Virus record (IMG/VR): IMGVR_UViG_3300032225_002203
DNA length: 20,000 bases
Strand: one strand, 5' to 3'
Source: an uncultured virus (IMG/VR IMGVR_UViG_3300032225_002203)
Lineage: Duplodnaviria; Heunggongvirae; Uroviricota; Caudoviricetes
The notes under the pieces were generated by a model. The model did not search any database and was not told where the DNA came from. It worked only from the letters and a program-made list of their open reading frames with translations. A program made the position numbers and the translations under genes. Below are positions 1-9,148 of this stretch, in pieces (position 1 is the stretch's first letter; each line of letters opens with the position of its first letter).

Positions 1-2393
1 AGATTTGATTTCCTATCACGATAGCATCTTGGTTTACCTTCTGAATCATAAATGATTTCAATATTTTCACCTTGAGGAACATTAGGAGTACCATCAGCGT
101 TCATAATGAAGTTTCTTCTTCCCCAACCATAAAAATGCATGGCTGTCAACTTCGCAAAGTTTGGAGAGTCCATAAAGATATTCATTGATTGTGTTTGGTC
201 AATAAAGGCACCTCTATCAGCCGCCATATCAATAACATCTCTTTGTTTAATTTCATAAACTGTTTTAAACACTTCTTTCAAGTTAGTTGGTACTTCAGGA
301 ATATTCTGAACAGAGCCATTCTCATTAATAATCTTCTTTCTTAAAGTATCACCCCATAAGTTTAACTTAACTAATTCTTTAACTAAGTATTTGTTTACTA
401 AGATAAAAGTACCAGATAAAACTGAACGAGTGTACATATTTGAAGTTTGAGCTTCACAAGATGCCTCATTACCTAAGATAGATGCTGTAGAAGCAGTAGG
501 CATGATACAAGTTGTTAAAGAGTTTCTAACACCATACTTTTTAATATCTTCTCTTAATTTATCCCAATCCCATCTCTTAGTTGGAGTAACACCCCATAAG
601 TCGAATTGTAATTTACCTTGAGAGATAGGCGAGCCTTCATAAGTAGCATAAGCGCCCTCAGTTTTAGCTAAATCACAAGAAGCTTTAATCGAAGCATAGT
701 AAATAGTTTCAAAAATTTCTTTGTTTATTGATTTAGCTTCTTCTGATTCATATGGCAAACCTAGCATAAAAAATACATCGGCTAAACCTTGAACACCTAA
801 TCCAATTGGTCTGTGTAATAAGTTAGAGAACTTAGCAGCAGGTGATGGGTAGAAATTAACATCAATTACATTGTTCAAGTTAATTGTAGCCGCATAAGCC
901 ACTTCATATAACTTATTGAAATTGTAAGTTTTGTTTTTGTTGATAAACTTAGGAAGTGCGATTGAAGCCAAGTTACAAACAGCCGTTTCATTTACGGATT
1001 CTTCACCATAAAACTCACTTAATCCTAGCTTAGTAAGTAACTCTTTGTTTTTCAAAATCTCACCTTGAGTTTTTGTGATACCAGTTGCTTCAACAATTTC
1101 AGCACATAAGTTAGAACTTCTAACTACACCAATGTTAGCTTGGTTTGATTTCTCATTGATAGAATCTTTATAAAGAATATAAGGAGTTCCTGTTTCAATT
1201 TGAGATTCTAGAATTTTATTCCAAACTTCTCTTGCTTTAAGAGTTCTTTTACCTTTTCCTAAATTTTCATATTTAGTATAAAGGTCTCTGAACTCTTGAC
1301 CATAAGTTTCTGTTAAACCAGAACACTCGTGAGGACACATCAAAGTCCAATCTTCATCAAGTTCAACTCTTTCCATGAACAAGTCATTCATCCACATAGC
1401 CAAGAATAAATCTCTAGCTCTTACTTCATCTTTACCTTGATTCTTACGAAGGTCTAAGAATTCCATAATATCTGAGTGCCAAGGCTCCATATAAATAGCA
1501 ATTGAACCTTTACGTTTACCACCACCTTGGTCAACGGCTCTTGCTGTTTCATTAAAGATTTTCAAGAAAGGAATAATACCATTTGAAGTGCCGTTAGTAC
1601 CAGCAATATAAGTTCCTTTAGATCTAACTTTAGTGAAAGAAATACCAATACCACCAGCATTCTTAGAGATTTGGGCAGATTCTTTCAAAGTATTAAATAT
1701 ACCTTCAATAGAATCAGATTCTAAATCTAATAAGAAACAAGATGATAATTGAGGACGAGTTGTACCAGAGTTAAATAAAGTTGGAGTTGCGTGAGTATAA
1801 TATCCTTCTGAAAGAGTATTATAAGTTTCAATAACTTTTTCTAAGTTCTCACCCCACACTTGAAGTGCTGTTCTCATATACATATATTGAGGGCGTTCAG
1901 CAACTTTACCATCTAATTTCAAAAGATAGGATTTTTCTAATGTTTTAAATCCGAAGTAGTCAAAGTTATGATCTCTTGAGTGAACAATTGCAGAATCAAT
2001 ATCATCAGCGTGTTTTTTAACAATATTGTAAAATGATTCAGAAACAATTGGTGAATGTTTACCTGTTTTTGGATCAATATACTTAAACAAATCCGTAACA
2101 GTTTCTGAAAAACTTTTCTTAGTTTCTTTGTGTAAGTTTGTAATTGCTAATCTTGCCGCCAATATAGAATAATCTGGATGCTTGGTTGCCAATGATGCGG
2201 CTGTTTCCATCGCCAATTGGTCTAAAACATAAGTTCTAATATCTGGCATAATACCTTCAATTACTTTTTGAGCTACCTCAAAAGGGATAATTAACTTATC
2301 TAAACCATATGTTTGTTGTGTGATTCTATCTAGAATTTTATCTAACATTACCGGTTCTTTCTTCCCATTTCTTTTTACTACTTTTATATTCAT
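1..2393 (-). CDS. nrdA: Ribonucleoside-diphosphate reductase alpha subunit, class Ia, with N-terminal ATP cone (3' end outside the window)
   Basis: Absent from the ORF track because it has no stop in the window. Hand translation from ATG 2393 gives MNIKVVKRNGKKEPVMLDKI (ATP cone), HPDYSILAARLAI, ERPQYMYMR, THATPTLFNSGTTRPQLSSCFL, SSNLCAEIVE, ETAVCNLASI and DRGAFIDQTQSMNIF. These segments share one frame, which continues to position 1. Confidence 0.97.
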   Translation of the reverse strand, partial: MNIKVVKRNGKKEPVMLDKILDRITQQTYGLDKLIIPFEVAQKVIEGIMPDIRTYVLDQLAMETAASLATKHPDYSILAARLAITNLHKETKKSFSETVTDLFKYIDPKTGKHSPIVSESFYNIVKKHADDIDSAIVHSRDHNFDYFGFKTLEKSYLLKLDGKVAERPQYMYMRTALQVWGENLEKVIETYNTLSEGYYTHATPTLFNSGTTRPQLSSCFLLDLESDSIEGIFNTLKESAQISKNAGGIGISFTKVRSKGTYIAGTNGTSNGIIPFLKIFNETARAVDQGGGKRKGSIAIYMEPWHSDIMEFLDLRKNQGKDEVRARDLFLAMWMNDLFMERVELDEDWTLMCPHECSGLTETYGQEFRDLYTKYENLGKGKRTLKAREVWNKILESQIETGTPYILYKDSINEKSNQANIGVVRSSNLCAEIVEATGITKTQGEILKNKELLTKLGLSEFYGEESVNETAVCNLASIALPKFINKNKTYNFNKLYEVAYAATINLNNVIDVNFYPSPAAKFSNLLHRPIGLGVQGLADVFFMLGLPYESEEAKSINKEIFETIYYASIKASCDLAKTEGAYATYEGSPISQGKLQFDLWGVTPTKRWDWDKLREDIKKYGVRNSLTTCIMPTASTASILGNEASCEAQTSNMYTRSVLSGTFILVNKYLVKELVKLNLWGDTLRKKIINENGSVQNIPEVPTNLKEVFKTVYEIKQRDVIDMAADRGAFIDQTQSMNIFMDSPNFAKLTAMHFYGWGRRNFIMNADGTPNVPQGENIEIIYDSEGKPRCYRDRKSN

Positions 2394-2418
2394 ATTTTAT
2401 TTAATTTTTTTTGTCTTT

Positions 2419-2426
2419 TATATATT
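2419..2426 (-). promoter_or_regulatory. AATATATA motif (putative phage late-type promoter) 25 nt upstream of nrdA
   Basis: The same octamer recurs 7-26 nt upstream of several other starts in the window. Confidence 0.45.
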
Positions 2427-2493
2427 GGTTCATTTTTTTATTAATAATTCTAAAATTTTATTTTTTTGAGGTTTTTTATAATGCTCAGAAAAA

Positions 2494-3462
2494 TTATAGA
2501 AAATCAATATTATTAAGTTTATTCAAATTATATTTGAATTTAGTGTTGTTAAGAATTTTACTAATCATATCAAGGTTTATATCATAAATTCTTTCATATG
2601 AATTTACTTTAAACTTAGAATTTTCATAATCAACTTCAACAACATCACCAGTGATAGTTATTGCATGTTCTGTAAATTCATCAACCCATTGAAATTCAAT
2701 TTCAGTACCTTCATAGATATTTCTATTAGTAATTTCTTTGGAGTTGGTATTTTTACCAATATGATCTTGCAATTCAAATATTATTAGATTTCTCCATTTT
2801 TTATCCAAAAGTTTAAACATATTGAATAAATTATCAGAAAAATAAACTGCCAGTTCATTAAACAACTCAACATTAGTAAAACTTTCACTTTGAAGACTAT
2901 CCTTCAAGATATTATAATATTGATTAAAGTCTGTTCTAGAAGGTTTTCTACGATTGTTTAAAAAATTAATTGAAGTATTAGCTTCAAGAACTTCGTAAAC
3001 TCTTTCCTTAACTAGTTTAGCTCTAATATATTTTTCATTATCAATAGATTCAAAATAGTAGTTAGATGATCTATCTACTTCAATTGTATCTTTATGATAC
3101 ATATCAAAAGAACCACTACCATCTTCTTCATCTAAAGGATCTTCTTTTTTTCCTTTAAAGATGGAATCATATTTTAAAGAGTGTTTACCTTCTAACTTGT
3201 GCTTAGAAAGAACAACATCTTCAGATTCTGTGGTATCTGTTTTTACTTCTGTATCGGGTTCAATTATGTCAAGGTCATCTTCATAAATTTCAATAACGAT
3301 ATCTATATCATCGTCATCGTCATCAAGGTCTAAACCACCTTCACTATCATCATCACTATCATCGGAGTCATTTGGGTCTTCTACAATTTCTTCAGTTGAT
3401 TCAATCTCATCATCATTTTCTAGATCATCAAATTCCTCATCATCTCTAACTTTTTTAGCCAT
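2494..3462 (-). CDS. Hypothetical protein with a very acidic N-terminal ~80 aa and a possible C-terminal beta-barrel (SH3/YolD-like) domain
   Basis: 322-aa ORF starting 28 nt after the helicase stop. D/E-rich N-terminus; beta-strand-like C-terminus (TEIEFQW..TITGDVVEVDYENSKFKV). Confidence 0.85.
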   Translation of the reverse strand: MAKKVRDDEEFDDLENDDEIESTEEIVEDPNDSDDSDDDSEGGLDLDDDDDDIDIVIEIYEDDLDIIEPDTEVKTDTTESEDVVLSKHKLEGKHSLKYDSIFKGKKEDPLDEEDGSGSFDMYHKDTIEVDRSSNYYFESIDNEKYIRAKLVKERVYEVLEANTSINFLNNRRKPSRTDFNQYYNILKDSLQSESFTNVELFNELAVYFSDNLFNMFKLLDKKWRNLIIFELQDHIGKNTNSKEITNRNIYEGTEIEFQWVDEFTEHAITITGDVVEVDYENSKFKVNSYERIYDINLDMISKILNNTKFKYNLNKLNNIDFL

Positions 3463-3490
3463 AGAGTTTTTTGTTATTTTTTTTAACCAA

Positions 3491-4825
3491 TTATTGGTCT
3501 ATAAATTGGTCATTTTCAAGAGTTAGATAAATAGGATTCAAACTCAATTTAATTTGTGATTTTAAAAAGTCACCATCTCGTTGTTTTAGTAATTTGAATC
3601 TGTAAATATTTTGTCTCTTCATTTCTTCTGTTCTTATTATAGCAAAAAATGTATCAGCAGTTTCAGCTATTGCCTTAGATTCTGGAACACTTTCTAATGT
3701 AATATCAGCTGAGTTCCAAGCATCCTTAGCTACTTGAACACCGGTAATGACCGGAACTTTATATTTAGCACCTAAAGCTCTTAGAGCCTCTGCTAAAAAT
3801 TTACCCTTTGTGTAAAGGTTATCAGCGGCAGCAACTTTACCAGCTGTAACAAGAGTGATATAATCAACAATAACTAAATCAATTTTAACATCCTTTTTTT
3901 CTTTTAATTTTTGAATGTAATTATCAAAATCATTTACTGTTGCTGTACCAGCCGCCCAAAACTTAGTGTAGATTTTACCAACTTTTCTTTCGAATAAATC
4001 AGCACCACTACCATCTGGCTTACTAAGGTTTTGAATTTTCTTCTTAATCATTTCGGTGTCTTTTGACATCACATCATAATCATTAATTGGAATTCTTAAA
4101 CGCATAGCACCAATTCTTTTCATAACTTTTCTTTCACTCATTTCAAGTGTTATATAAAGAACGTTGTTACCCATATCTGATGCCTTAAAAGCAAAATTTT
4201 GCATCCAGAGAGACTTACCGTTATTAGTCTCAGCCATAACAACATTTAATGTAGAAATATCCCAACCACCACCTAACATATGGTCAATAGATTCAAATCC
4301 ACATTTTACTTTAAATTTAGAGGAGTCTTGAACGTGATTTTCAGGGTCATCAAAATCAGAACCCATATCATCATCTTGTACGAAATTGGTAGATGACATC
4401 TCATCAACAATACTTCTAATTCTATCAGCGGCCTCAACAGCCTTTTCAAAGTCTGAAATAGAATCAAGATTTCTTGTTTCATCAATAATATCAACCGTAC
4501 CTGTTTTCAAACGATTGGATAATATCCAAGCATTGAACTTAGGCTCAATAAAATTCTTCTCATCATACTCTTTAAGATCAACTTGTAGAATAGATTTAAG
4601 AATATCCTTAGTAATTATACCTTCTTTATCTTCTAAAGAAACCATATCTAGTATCTGACGAGGAGTAGGAGTTTGAGTATCGTTACCTTTAATCATATAC
4701 TCACGAATAACACCATATACAAATTGGATTTCGGAGTTTCTGAAAAAATAAGTTTTTACGATATCAAAGTACTTCTTGTTCTTGAGTATAAAATTAAAGA
4801 ATACTTTTTCCAGTTGTGGAGTCAT
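3491..4825 (-). CDS. Replicative DNA helicase, DnaB/T4 gp41-like (SF4)
   Basis: CGFESIDHMLGGG, Walker A AETNNGKS, NVLYITLEMSE, Walker B LVIVDYI, VITGVQ, and arginine-finger region LLKQRDG. Confidence 0.93.
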   Translation of the reverse strand: MTPQLEKVFFNFILKNKKYFDIVKTYFFRNSEIQFVYGVIREYMIKGNDTQTPTPRQILDMVSLEDKEGIITKDILKSILQVDLKEYDEKNFIEPKFNAWILSNRLKTGTVDIIDETRNLDSISDFEKAVEAADRIRSIVDEMSSTNFVQDDDMGSDFDDPENHVQDSSKFKVKCGFESIDHMLGGGWDISTLNVVMAETNNGKSLWMQNFAFKASDMGNNVLYITLEMSERKVMKRIGAMRLRIPINDYDVMSKDTEMIKKKIQNLSKPDGSGADLFERKVGKIYTKFWAAGTATVNDFDNYIQKLKEKKDVKIDLVIVDYITLVTAGKVAAADNLYTKGKFLAEALRALGAKYKVPVITGVQVAKDAWNSADITLESVPESKAIAETADTFFAIIRTEEMKRQNIYRFKLLKQRDGDFLKSQIKLSLNPIYLTLENDQFIDQ

Positions 4826-4845
4826 TTAACCATTTTCATTTTTAT

Positions 4846-4872
4846 ATTATATCAAATGAAAGAACTAAGTTT
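4846..4872 (-). promoter_or_regulatory. AAAC-N17-TATAAT putative phage middle promoter upstream of the helicase
   Basis: Minus strand reads AAAC ttagttctttcatttga TATAAT; the same spacing occurs at three other loci. Confidence 0.65.
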
Positions 4873-4883
4873 AGGTTTTAAAC

Positions 4884-5672
4884 TTATTGTTCCTTGATTA
4901 AATCTCCCGGTTGATTCTTCTCTGAATCACCAAATGTGGCAAATTTTTGAATAACAGGAGTTTCTATATCATCTAAAACCTCCTTAGTGTTAATAGGAAA
5001 CCTATTTTTAATTCTGTTGATAATTTCAACAATACCATGTTTAGCAACAATAGTACCAACACCAACAGCTAATCCTAAAAAGTTTTGAGGAAGAGTTTCT
5101 AAATTTAAATCATACTTATCAATTAAATACATAACACCATTTAATATTGGTATTAAAAGTGATGTGTAAGCGAACATGTCCATAACACCACCAATGATAG
5201 CACCAACATGTTTACCTATAATATAAAATATATTTTTAATTGATTTTAGTGAGCTAATTAACTTTTTAACTATGCCATTTCCAATACCTTTCATCTTTAA
5301 CTCTTCTAACATAGATTTAGAATCTTTTGTAAGTGATTCTTCTTCTTCAATTGTCTTAGATTTCTTTTCCTCTAAATAAGTTATTGTAAGAGCACAGATT
5401 GTCAAAAGAACTATTGACTCTTCGGATAAATTGAAAGAGTCAATACCCATATTCTTCATTAAATTCTCTACAATTGGATAACAAGCACCAATACCAGCAC
5501 CAAATGTCATTACTAAGCTAACATTAAGTCTTAAATCTGAAAGTACTTTTTTTGCAACTTTTTGAAAAGAGATACCACCATCAGATTCTTTAACTATTTG
5601 GTCAAATGAGTTTAAGAAATCTTGAGTCATATCATGCTGTAAGTTATAGTCGATATATCTTTGAATCTTCAT
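4884..5672 (-). CDS. Hypothetical multi-pass membrane protein
   Basis: 262-aa ORF with several hydrophobic Gly-rich segments (LNVSLVMTFGAGIGACYPI; HVGAIIGGVMDMFAYTSLLIPIL; FLGLAVGVGTIVA). N-terminus MKIQRYIDY. Confidence 0.85.
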   Translation of the reverse strand: MKIQRYIDYNLQHDMTQDFLNSFDQIVKESDGGISFQKVAKKVLSDLRLNVSLVMTFGAGIGACYPIVENLMKNMGIDSFNLSEESIVLLTICALTITYLEEKKSKTIEEEESLTKDSKSMLEELKMKGIGNGIVKKLISSLKSIKNIFYIIGKHVGAIIGGVMDMFAYTSLLIPILNGVMYLIDKYDLNLETLPQNFLGLAVGVGTIVAKHGIVEIINRIKNRFPINTKEVLDDIETPVIQKFATFGDSEKNQPGDLIKEQ

Positions 5673-5679
5673 ATTAAAG

Positions 5680-5777
5680 TATATATTATTTATTTACTGT
5701 CATTTTTTTAAAAGTCTAAAAATATTTTGAATAAAGTAATAAAAATAGGTTATTTCAACTTTTACAATTAATATATA
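5680..5777. promoter_or_regulatory. Divergent pair of AATATATA motifs (5680-5687 on minus, 5770-5777 on plus)
   Basis: One copy faces each of the divergent genes 5672(-) and 5803(+). Confidence 0.5.
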
Positions 5778-5802
5778 TGTTATAAAAAATTATTGTGCTA
5801 AA

Positions 5803-6474
5803 ATGAAATACTTAAAAAAATTCGAAAACTTTGACCTTGGTAGATTTTCTGACGAGGAAGAAAACAAAAACTTTATGACTCAACCAGATGAGAACGAACA
5901 AGCGTTTGATGATGAGGATATGAAAGAAGATGAGTACTCTCATGAAAATGATGAGGAAAACGAAGAAGATACTTACGAAGACGAAAGAGAAGAAGAAAAA
6001 GGTAGAGTTTGGGGTGATGAAGTAGTTGAGAGAAAAAAAATCAACGCTGGATTCCAAGCCTACTTAGATAAACAGAAAGCTAAAAAAGCCGGTAAAGAAG
6101 ATAAGAAAGAAGAGAAAGAAGAAAAAGGTAGCAAAAAAGCTAAACCTGACTTTTTAGATTTAGACAAAGATGGCGATAAAAAAGAGCCTATGAAAAAAGC
6201 GGCTAAAGAAGCTAAAGATAAAAAAAAAAGTAAAGTAAACGAAAACTTCTGGAATTCAATTTTTGGTAAACCAAGTGTTGATCAAGCGGCTCACGACCAA
6301 TTAAAAGGTCAAGGGTTCTCACATAGAGGTAAAGATGAAGATAACTACATTATGTTCAACGGTCAAAAGTTTTATCAAGACCAAATTCAATATGATGATT
6401 ATCAATCAACTAAACCATTACCAAGAGTAGAAGGACACAGATTGATAATTGCTAACCCAGCTTGGAGCATGTAA
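5803..6474 (+). CDS. Charged low-complexity phage protein with an EF-hand-like DLDKDGD loop (possible virion/head protein)
   Basis: 223 aa: acidic block, then Lys-rich block, the motif KPDFLDLDKDGDKKEPMKKAAK, and N-terminus MKYLKKFENF. Confidence 0.85.
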   Translation: MKYLKKFENFDLGRFSDEEENKNFMTQPDENEQAFDDEDMKEDEYSHENDEENEEDTYEDEREEEKGRVWGDEVVERKKINAGFQAYLDKQKAKKAGKEDKKEEKEEKGSKKAKPDFLDLDKDGDKKEPMKKAAKEAKDKKKSKVNENFWNSIFGKPSVDQAAHDQLKGQGFSHRGKDEDNYIMFNGQKFYQDQIQYDDYQSTKPLPRVEGHRLIIANPAWSM

Positions 6475-6506
6475 TTAATAAAGCACAAAATAATTTAACA
6501 TAAACT

Positions 6507-6532
6507 AAAAACCCACCAATTGGTGGGTTTTT
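6507..6532. terminator. Bidirectional intrinsic terminator
   Basis: Perfect 26-bp palindrome AAAAACCCACCAATTGGTGGGTTTTT between convergent genes ending at 6474(+) and 6533(-). Confidence 0.85.
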
Positions 6533-8200
6533 TTATGCAGTAGTATTAACATTAATCTTTTTTATAGCCTCTTGAATCCAATCAGGAATGAAATGAGAAC
6601 TATGTTTAATCACATCACCAAAACCACCATCAATGATAATTGTATCAGCATAATCAATGTTAGAACGAACTGGTCTACCTGTCATTTGAATTAAACCAGA
6701 TACTGTTTTCCAAGAATACCAATCAGGATTATTTGACTGTCTTAACTTATTCTTTTGAGATCCTAAAGATGGATAAGGAACTTTAGCAATAATTTGAAAA
6801 CGAGCATCATCATTATCAAAAGAAACTCCGGTATCCATAGAAGGACTAACGATAACTGTTGGCTCAAGAGATTCTTTATGAAATCTCAACATCTCATCTT
6901 TATTAGTAGAGTCATGAAATACCAATCGAGGATCTTTGATAGCACCTTCAATCCATTTAGCCAACTCAAATGAGTTAGTATGAATGATTCCTTTCTTGTT
7001 TTTATACTTATCAAGTAACTTCTTAATATAAGGAACATACTTTTTAAAAGTTTCTTCTTTAGATTTATAAGACATCTTACCTAAAGGCATATAGAAGATA
7101 GGTCTGTTCTTAGGATTAAATGGTGAACGAATTGAATAGTAAACTGCCTTACTAACATCCAATCCATTCAATTGACAGAATAAACTCTTATCTAAAATAG
7201 TACCTGACATTAGGACAACCATATCATAATTACTAAAAACATATTTGTCTAAGTAATCATAAGCCCAGATAGGCTCTAATGATAATTCCTTTTGTTTTAC
7301 TTTCTCATTGTAATAAGATTCTAAAACCCAGTTATTAGGATTTTCTTTATACTCTTTCAAGAAGATTTCAATCTTTAGTTGTAACTGTCTTAAATCAGTT
7401 GCTAATTGCATCAACTTAACATCAGAGTTTTTACCACCAATAACTTTATTGATTTTCAAATCTCTTTTATCTTGTTTGACATTTCTTGGAGCAGAAGACA
7501 TTCCTTTTTCCATAGATTCAATTGTATTAATAACTTCACCATTAAGATACTTTAAAAAATCAACATACTGTGTAATTGTAGTGACAGTTTTAAGCTGTTT
7601 CATAATAGAATATTCATCAGAGAATTTAAATCTCTTAACCATTGATTCTGTTATCTTGATAGTAATAAAGTCTGACATAACATCATCAAACTCATGAGCC
7701 TCGTCAACAATAAGAACTCTTGAGTCTCTACTTTCTAATAATTTAGGATTATAAATAGCATAGAGAATGTACAAGTAGAAATTAGTAAGTGACATATTAC
7801 CACTAATAAAAGATTCTTTAGCAGAAGTATATGGACAAGCATCACAAGATGTTTTATTCAAACGATTAAATTCACCACCTTGAGCACAAGAGCAAGAGTA
7901 TTGTTCGCACTCATAATTCTCTTTACCCTTTAAATCAGAAATAGATTCATACTCATTTGAATATTGATCTTGAAGAAGTTTACTGTTGGTAATAATATCA
8001 ACCTTTGCCATTTTATTGACATTCTTTTTATACCAATCAGCAATCATTAAAGCTAAATGACTTTTTCCGCTTCCAACTGGAAGGTTAAGTAAAAAAAATT
8101 TGTTTAATTTATTCTTTTGATATTCGGACTCAATAAAGCTAAGTGCTTCTTTTTGTTCCTTCCGTGGCTTATATTTAGCTAAATCCGTTTTTAATGACAT
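6533..8200 (-). CDS. DinG/Rad3(XPD)-family SF2 helicase with putative Fe-S cluster
   Basis: Q motif PRKEQ, LPVGSGKS, LKGKENYEC..C..SCDACPY cysteine cluster, IVDEAH, MSGT, GVSF, AKVPYPSL, QMTGRPVRS. Confidence 0.92.
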   Translation of the reverse strand: MSLKTDLAKYKPRKEQKEALSFIESEYQKNKLNKFFLLNLPVGSGKSHLALMIADWYKKNVNKMAKVDIITNSKLLQDQYSNEYESISDLKGKENYECEQYSCSCAQGGEFNRLNKTSCDACPYTSAKESFISGNMSLTNFYLYILYAIYNPKLLESRDSRVLIVDEAHEFDDVMSDFITIKITESMVKRFKFSDEYSIMKQLKTVTTITQYVDFLKYLNGEVINTIESMEKGMSSAPRNVKQDKRDLKINKVIGGKNSDVKLMQLATDLRQLQLKIEIFLKEYKENPNNWVLESYYNEKVKQKELSLEPIWAYDYLDKYVFSNYDMVVLMSGTILDKSLFCQLNGLDVSKAVYYSIRSPFNPKNRPIFYMPLGKMSYKSKEETFKKYVPYIKKLLDKYKNKKGIIHTNSFELAKWIEGAIKDPRLVFHDSTNKDEMLRFHKESLEPTVIVSPSMDTGVSFDNDDARFQIIAKVPYPSLGSQKNKLRQSNNPDWYSWKTVSGLIQMTGRPVRSNIDYADTIIIDGGFGDVIKHSSHFIPDWIQEAIKKINVNTTA

Positions 8201-8222
8201 ACTTTCTGATATTTTTGTAAAA

Positions 8223-8249
8223 ATTATATACTTTTTTTATAAAATGTTT
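8223..8249 (-). promoter_or_regulatory. AAAC-N17-TATAAT putative middle promoter upstream of the DinG-like helicase
   Basis: Minus strand AAAC (8249-8246), 17-nt spacer, TATAAT (8228-8223). Confidence 0.65.
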
Positions 8250-8310
8250 GAAAAAACAGATTTTTTGGCGATTTTTAGTAATATATAGAATAAATTACCT
8301 TCCTTTATTT

Positions 8311-8508
8311 ATGCTATTAATACCAGACTATGACGAATTTAACATCTACACATCTATTGATGATGTAGAAGACTATGTACAACAACTTTTTTTACAAGGA
8401 TATGAGTTGAAATATGAGTTGAAAGAAGAAATATATACACTATGTCTTAAACACTTTGGTGAAGCGTTTAAAGATGTCATAGATATATTTTTTGAACATG
8501 AAGATTAA
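8311..8508 (+). CDS. Small acidic hypothetical protein (65 aa)
   Basis: The ORF track starts at TTG 8248, but ATG 8311 (MLLIPDYDEF) follows an AATATATA motif at 8280-8287 and avoids the divergent promoter. The stop overlaps the next gene. Confidence 0.7.
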   Translation: MLLIPDYDEFNIYTSIDDVEDYVQQLFLQGYELKYELKEEIYTLCLKHFGEAFKDVIDIFFEHED

Positions 8509-9148
8509 AAACTACAATGAATTTACGAGCGAGAATGTACTTTACATTTTTGACTTTGATGACACGCTTGTGAATTCTCCAAGTTTTGAGGAACTGGCTA
8601 TTGAATATCTAAAGGAAGATATAACAATCAAAGATTTATTAAATCAATCAATTAAAAGAGTTGGTGTTACATTAGACGACTTGAAATGGCAAGATGGTAG
8701 AATCTATGTACTTGATCCAAACAAAGAGCTTAAAGAGTTCGGTAACTGGGTTAGAAAAGGCGATAGATTATACATGTTCTCACCAAATTTATTTCATGTA
8801 TCAGATATCAGTTTACCAAAATCTCTTAAAACAGAAATCTATAACTTATACAAATCGGTTGAGAACAAATGTATTGTAACAGCAAGAGAAGAATCATTAA
8901 GAAGTAAAATAACTAGAACATTACTAGACTTAGGGTTAGAACTACCTAAATATGGATTACATATGGCACCAGTAGGAACTAAAAATGCTGGTCATTGGAA
9001 AGGTGAGAAAATAGTTGAAATAATAAATGAAACAGGATTTCAAAAAGCTATATTCTATGACGATAATATTAAGTATATTAAAAGAGCGACTAAAGTGGTT
9101 AAAGAAAAACTACCTAACTTTGACTTCACACCAATAAAAGTATTATAA
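8498..9148 (+). CDS. HAD-superfamily phosphatase (Swiss-army-knife/PNKP-like)
   Basis: Motif I IFDFDDTL, motif II IVTAR, motif III K (HWKG), motif IV FYDDN. ATG 8498 preferred over TTG 8492. Confidence 0.85.
   Translation: MKIKNYNEFTSENVLYIFDFDDTLVNSPSFEELAIEYLKEDITIKDLLNQSIKRVGVTLDDLKWQDGRIYVLDPNKELKEFGNWVRKGDRLYMFSPNLFHVSDISLPKSLKTEIYNLYKSVENKCIVTAREESLRSKITRTLLDLGLELPKYGLHMAPVGTKNAGHWKGEKIVEIINETGFQKAIFYDDNIKYIKRATKVVKEKLPNFDFTPIKVL

Noticed and set aside
1..2393. Eukaryotic or giant-virus (NCLDV) origin suggested by the eukaryote-like NrdA and NEIL1-like gene
   Set aside because: The gp41-type helicase, phage-type PolB, overlapping operonic genes, intrinsic terminators and Bacteroidota promoters favour a bacteriophage; this NrdA subtype also occurs in Bacteroidota.
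4306..4897. ORFs 4306-4494(-), 4386-4658(+) and 4673-4897(+)
   Set aside because: Shadow frames inside or antisense to the helicase gene, with no motifs.
8401..8424. 12-bp tandem duplication TATGAGTTGAAA x2
   Set aside because: Only two in-frame copies (YELK-YELK); not an array or CRISPR.
5812..8879. ORFs 5812-6057(-), 7449-7697(+) and 8694-8879(+)
   Set aside because: Antisense or alternate-frame shadows of well-supported genes; the Phe-rich one mirrors GAA/AAA codons.
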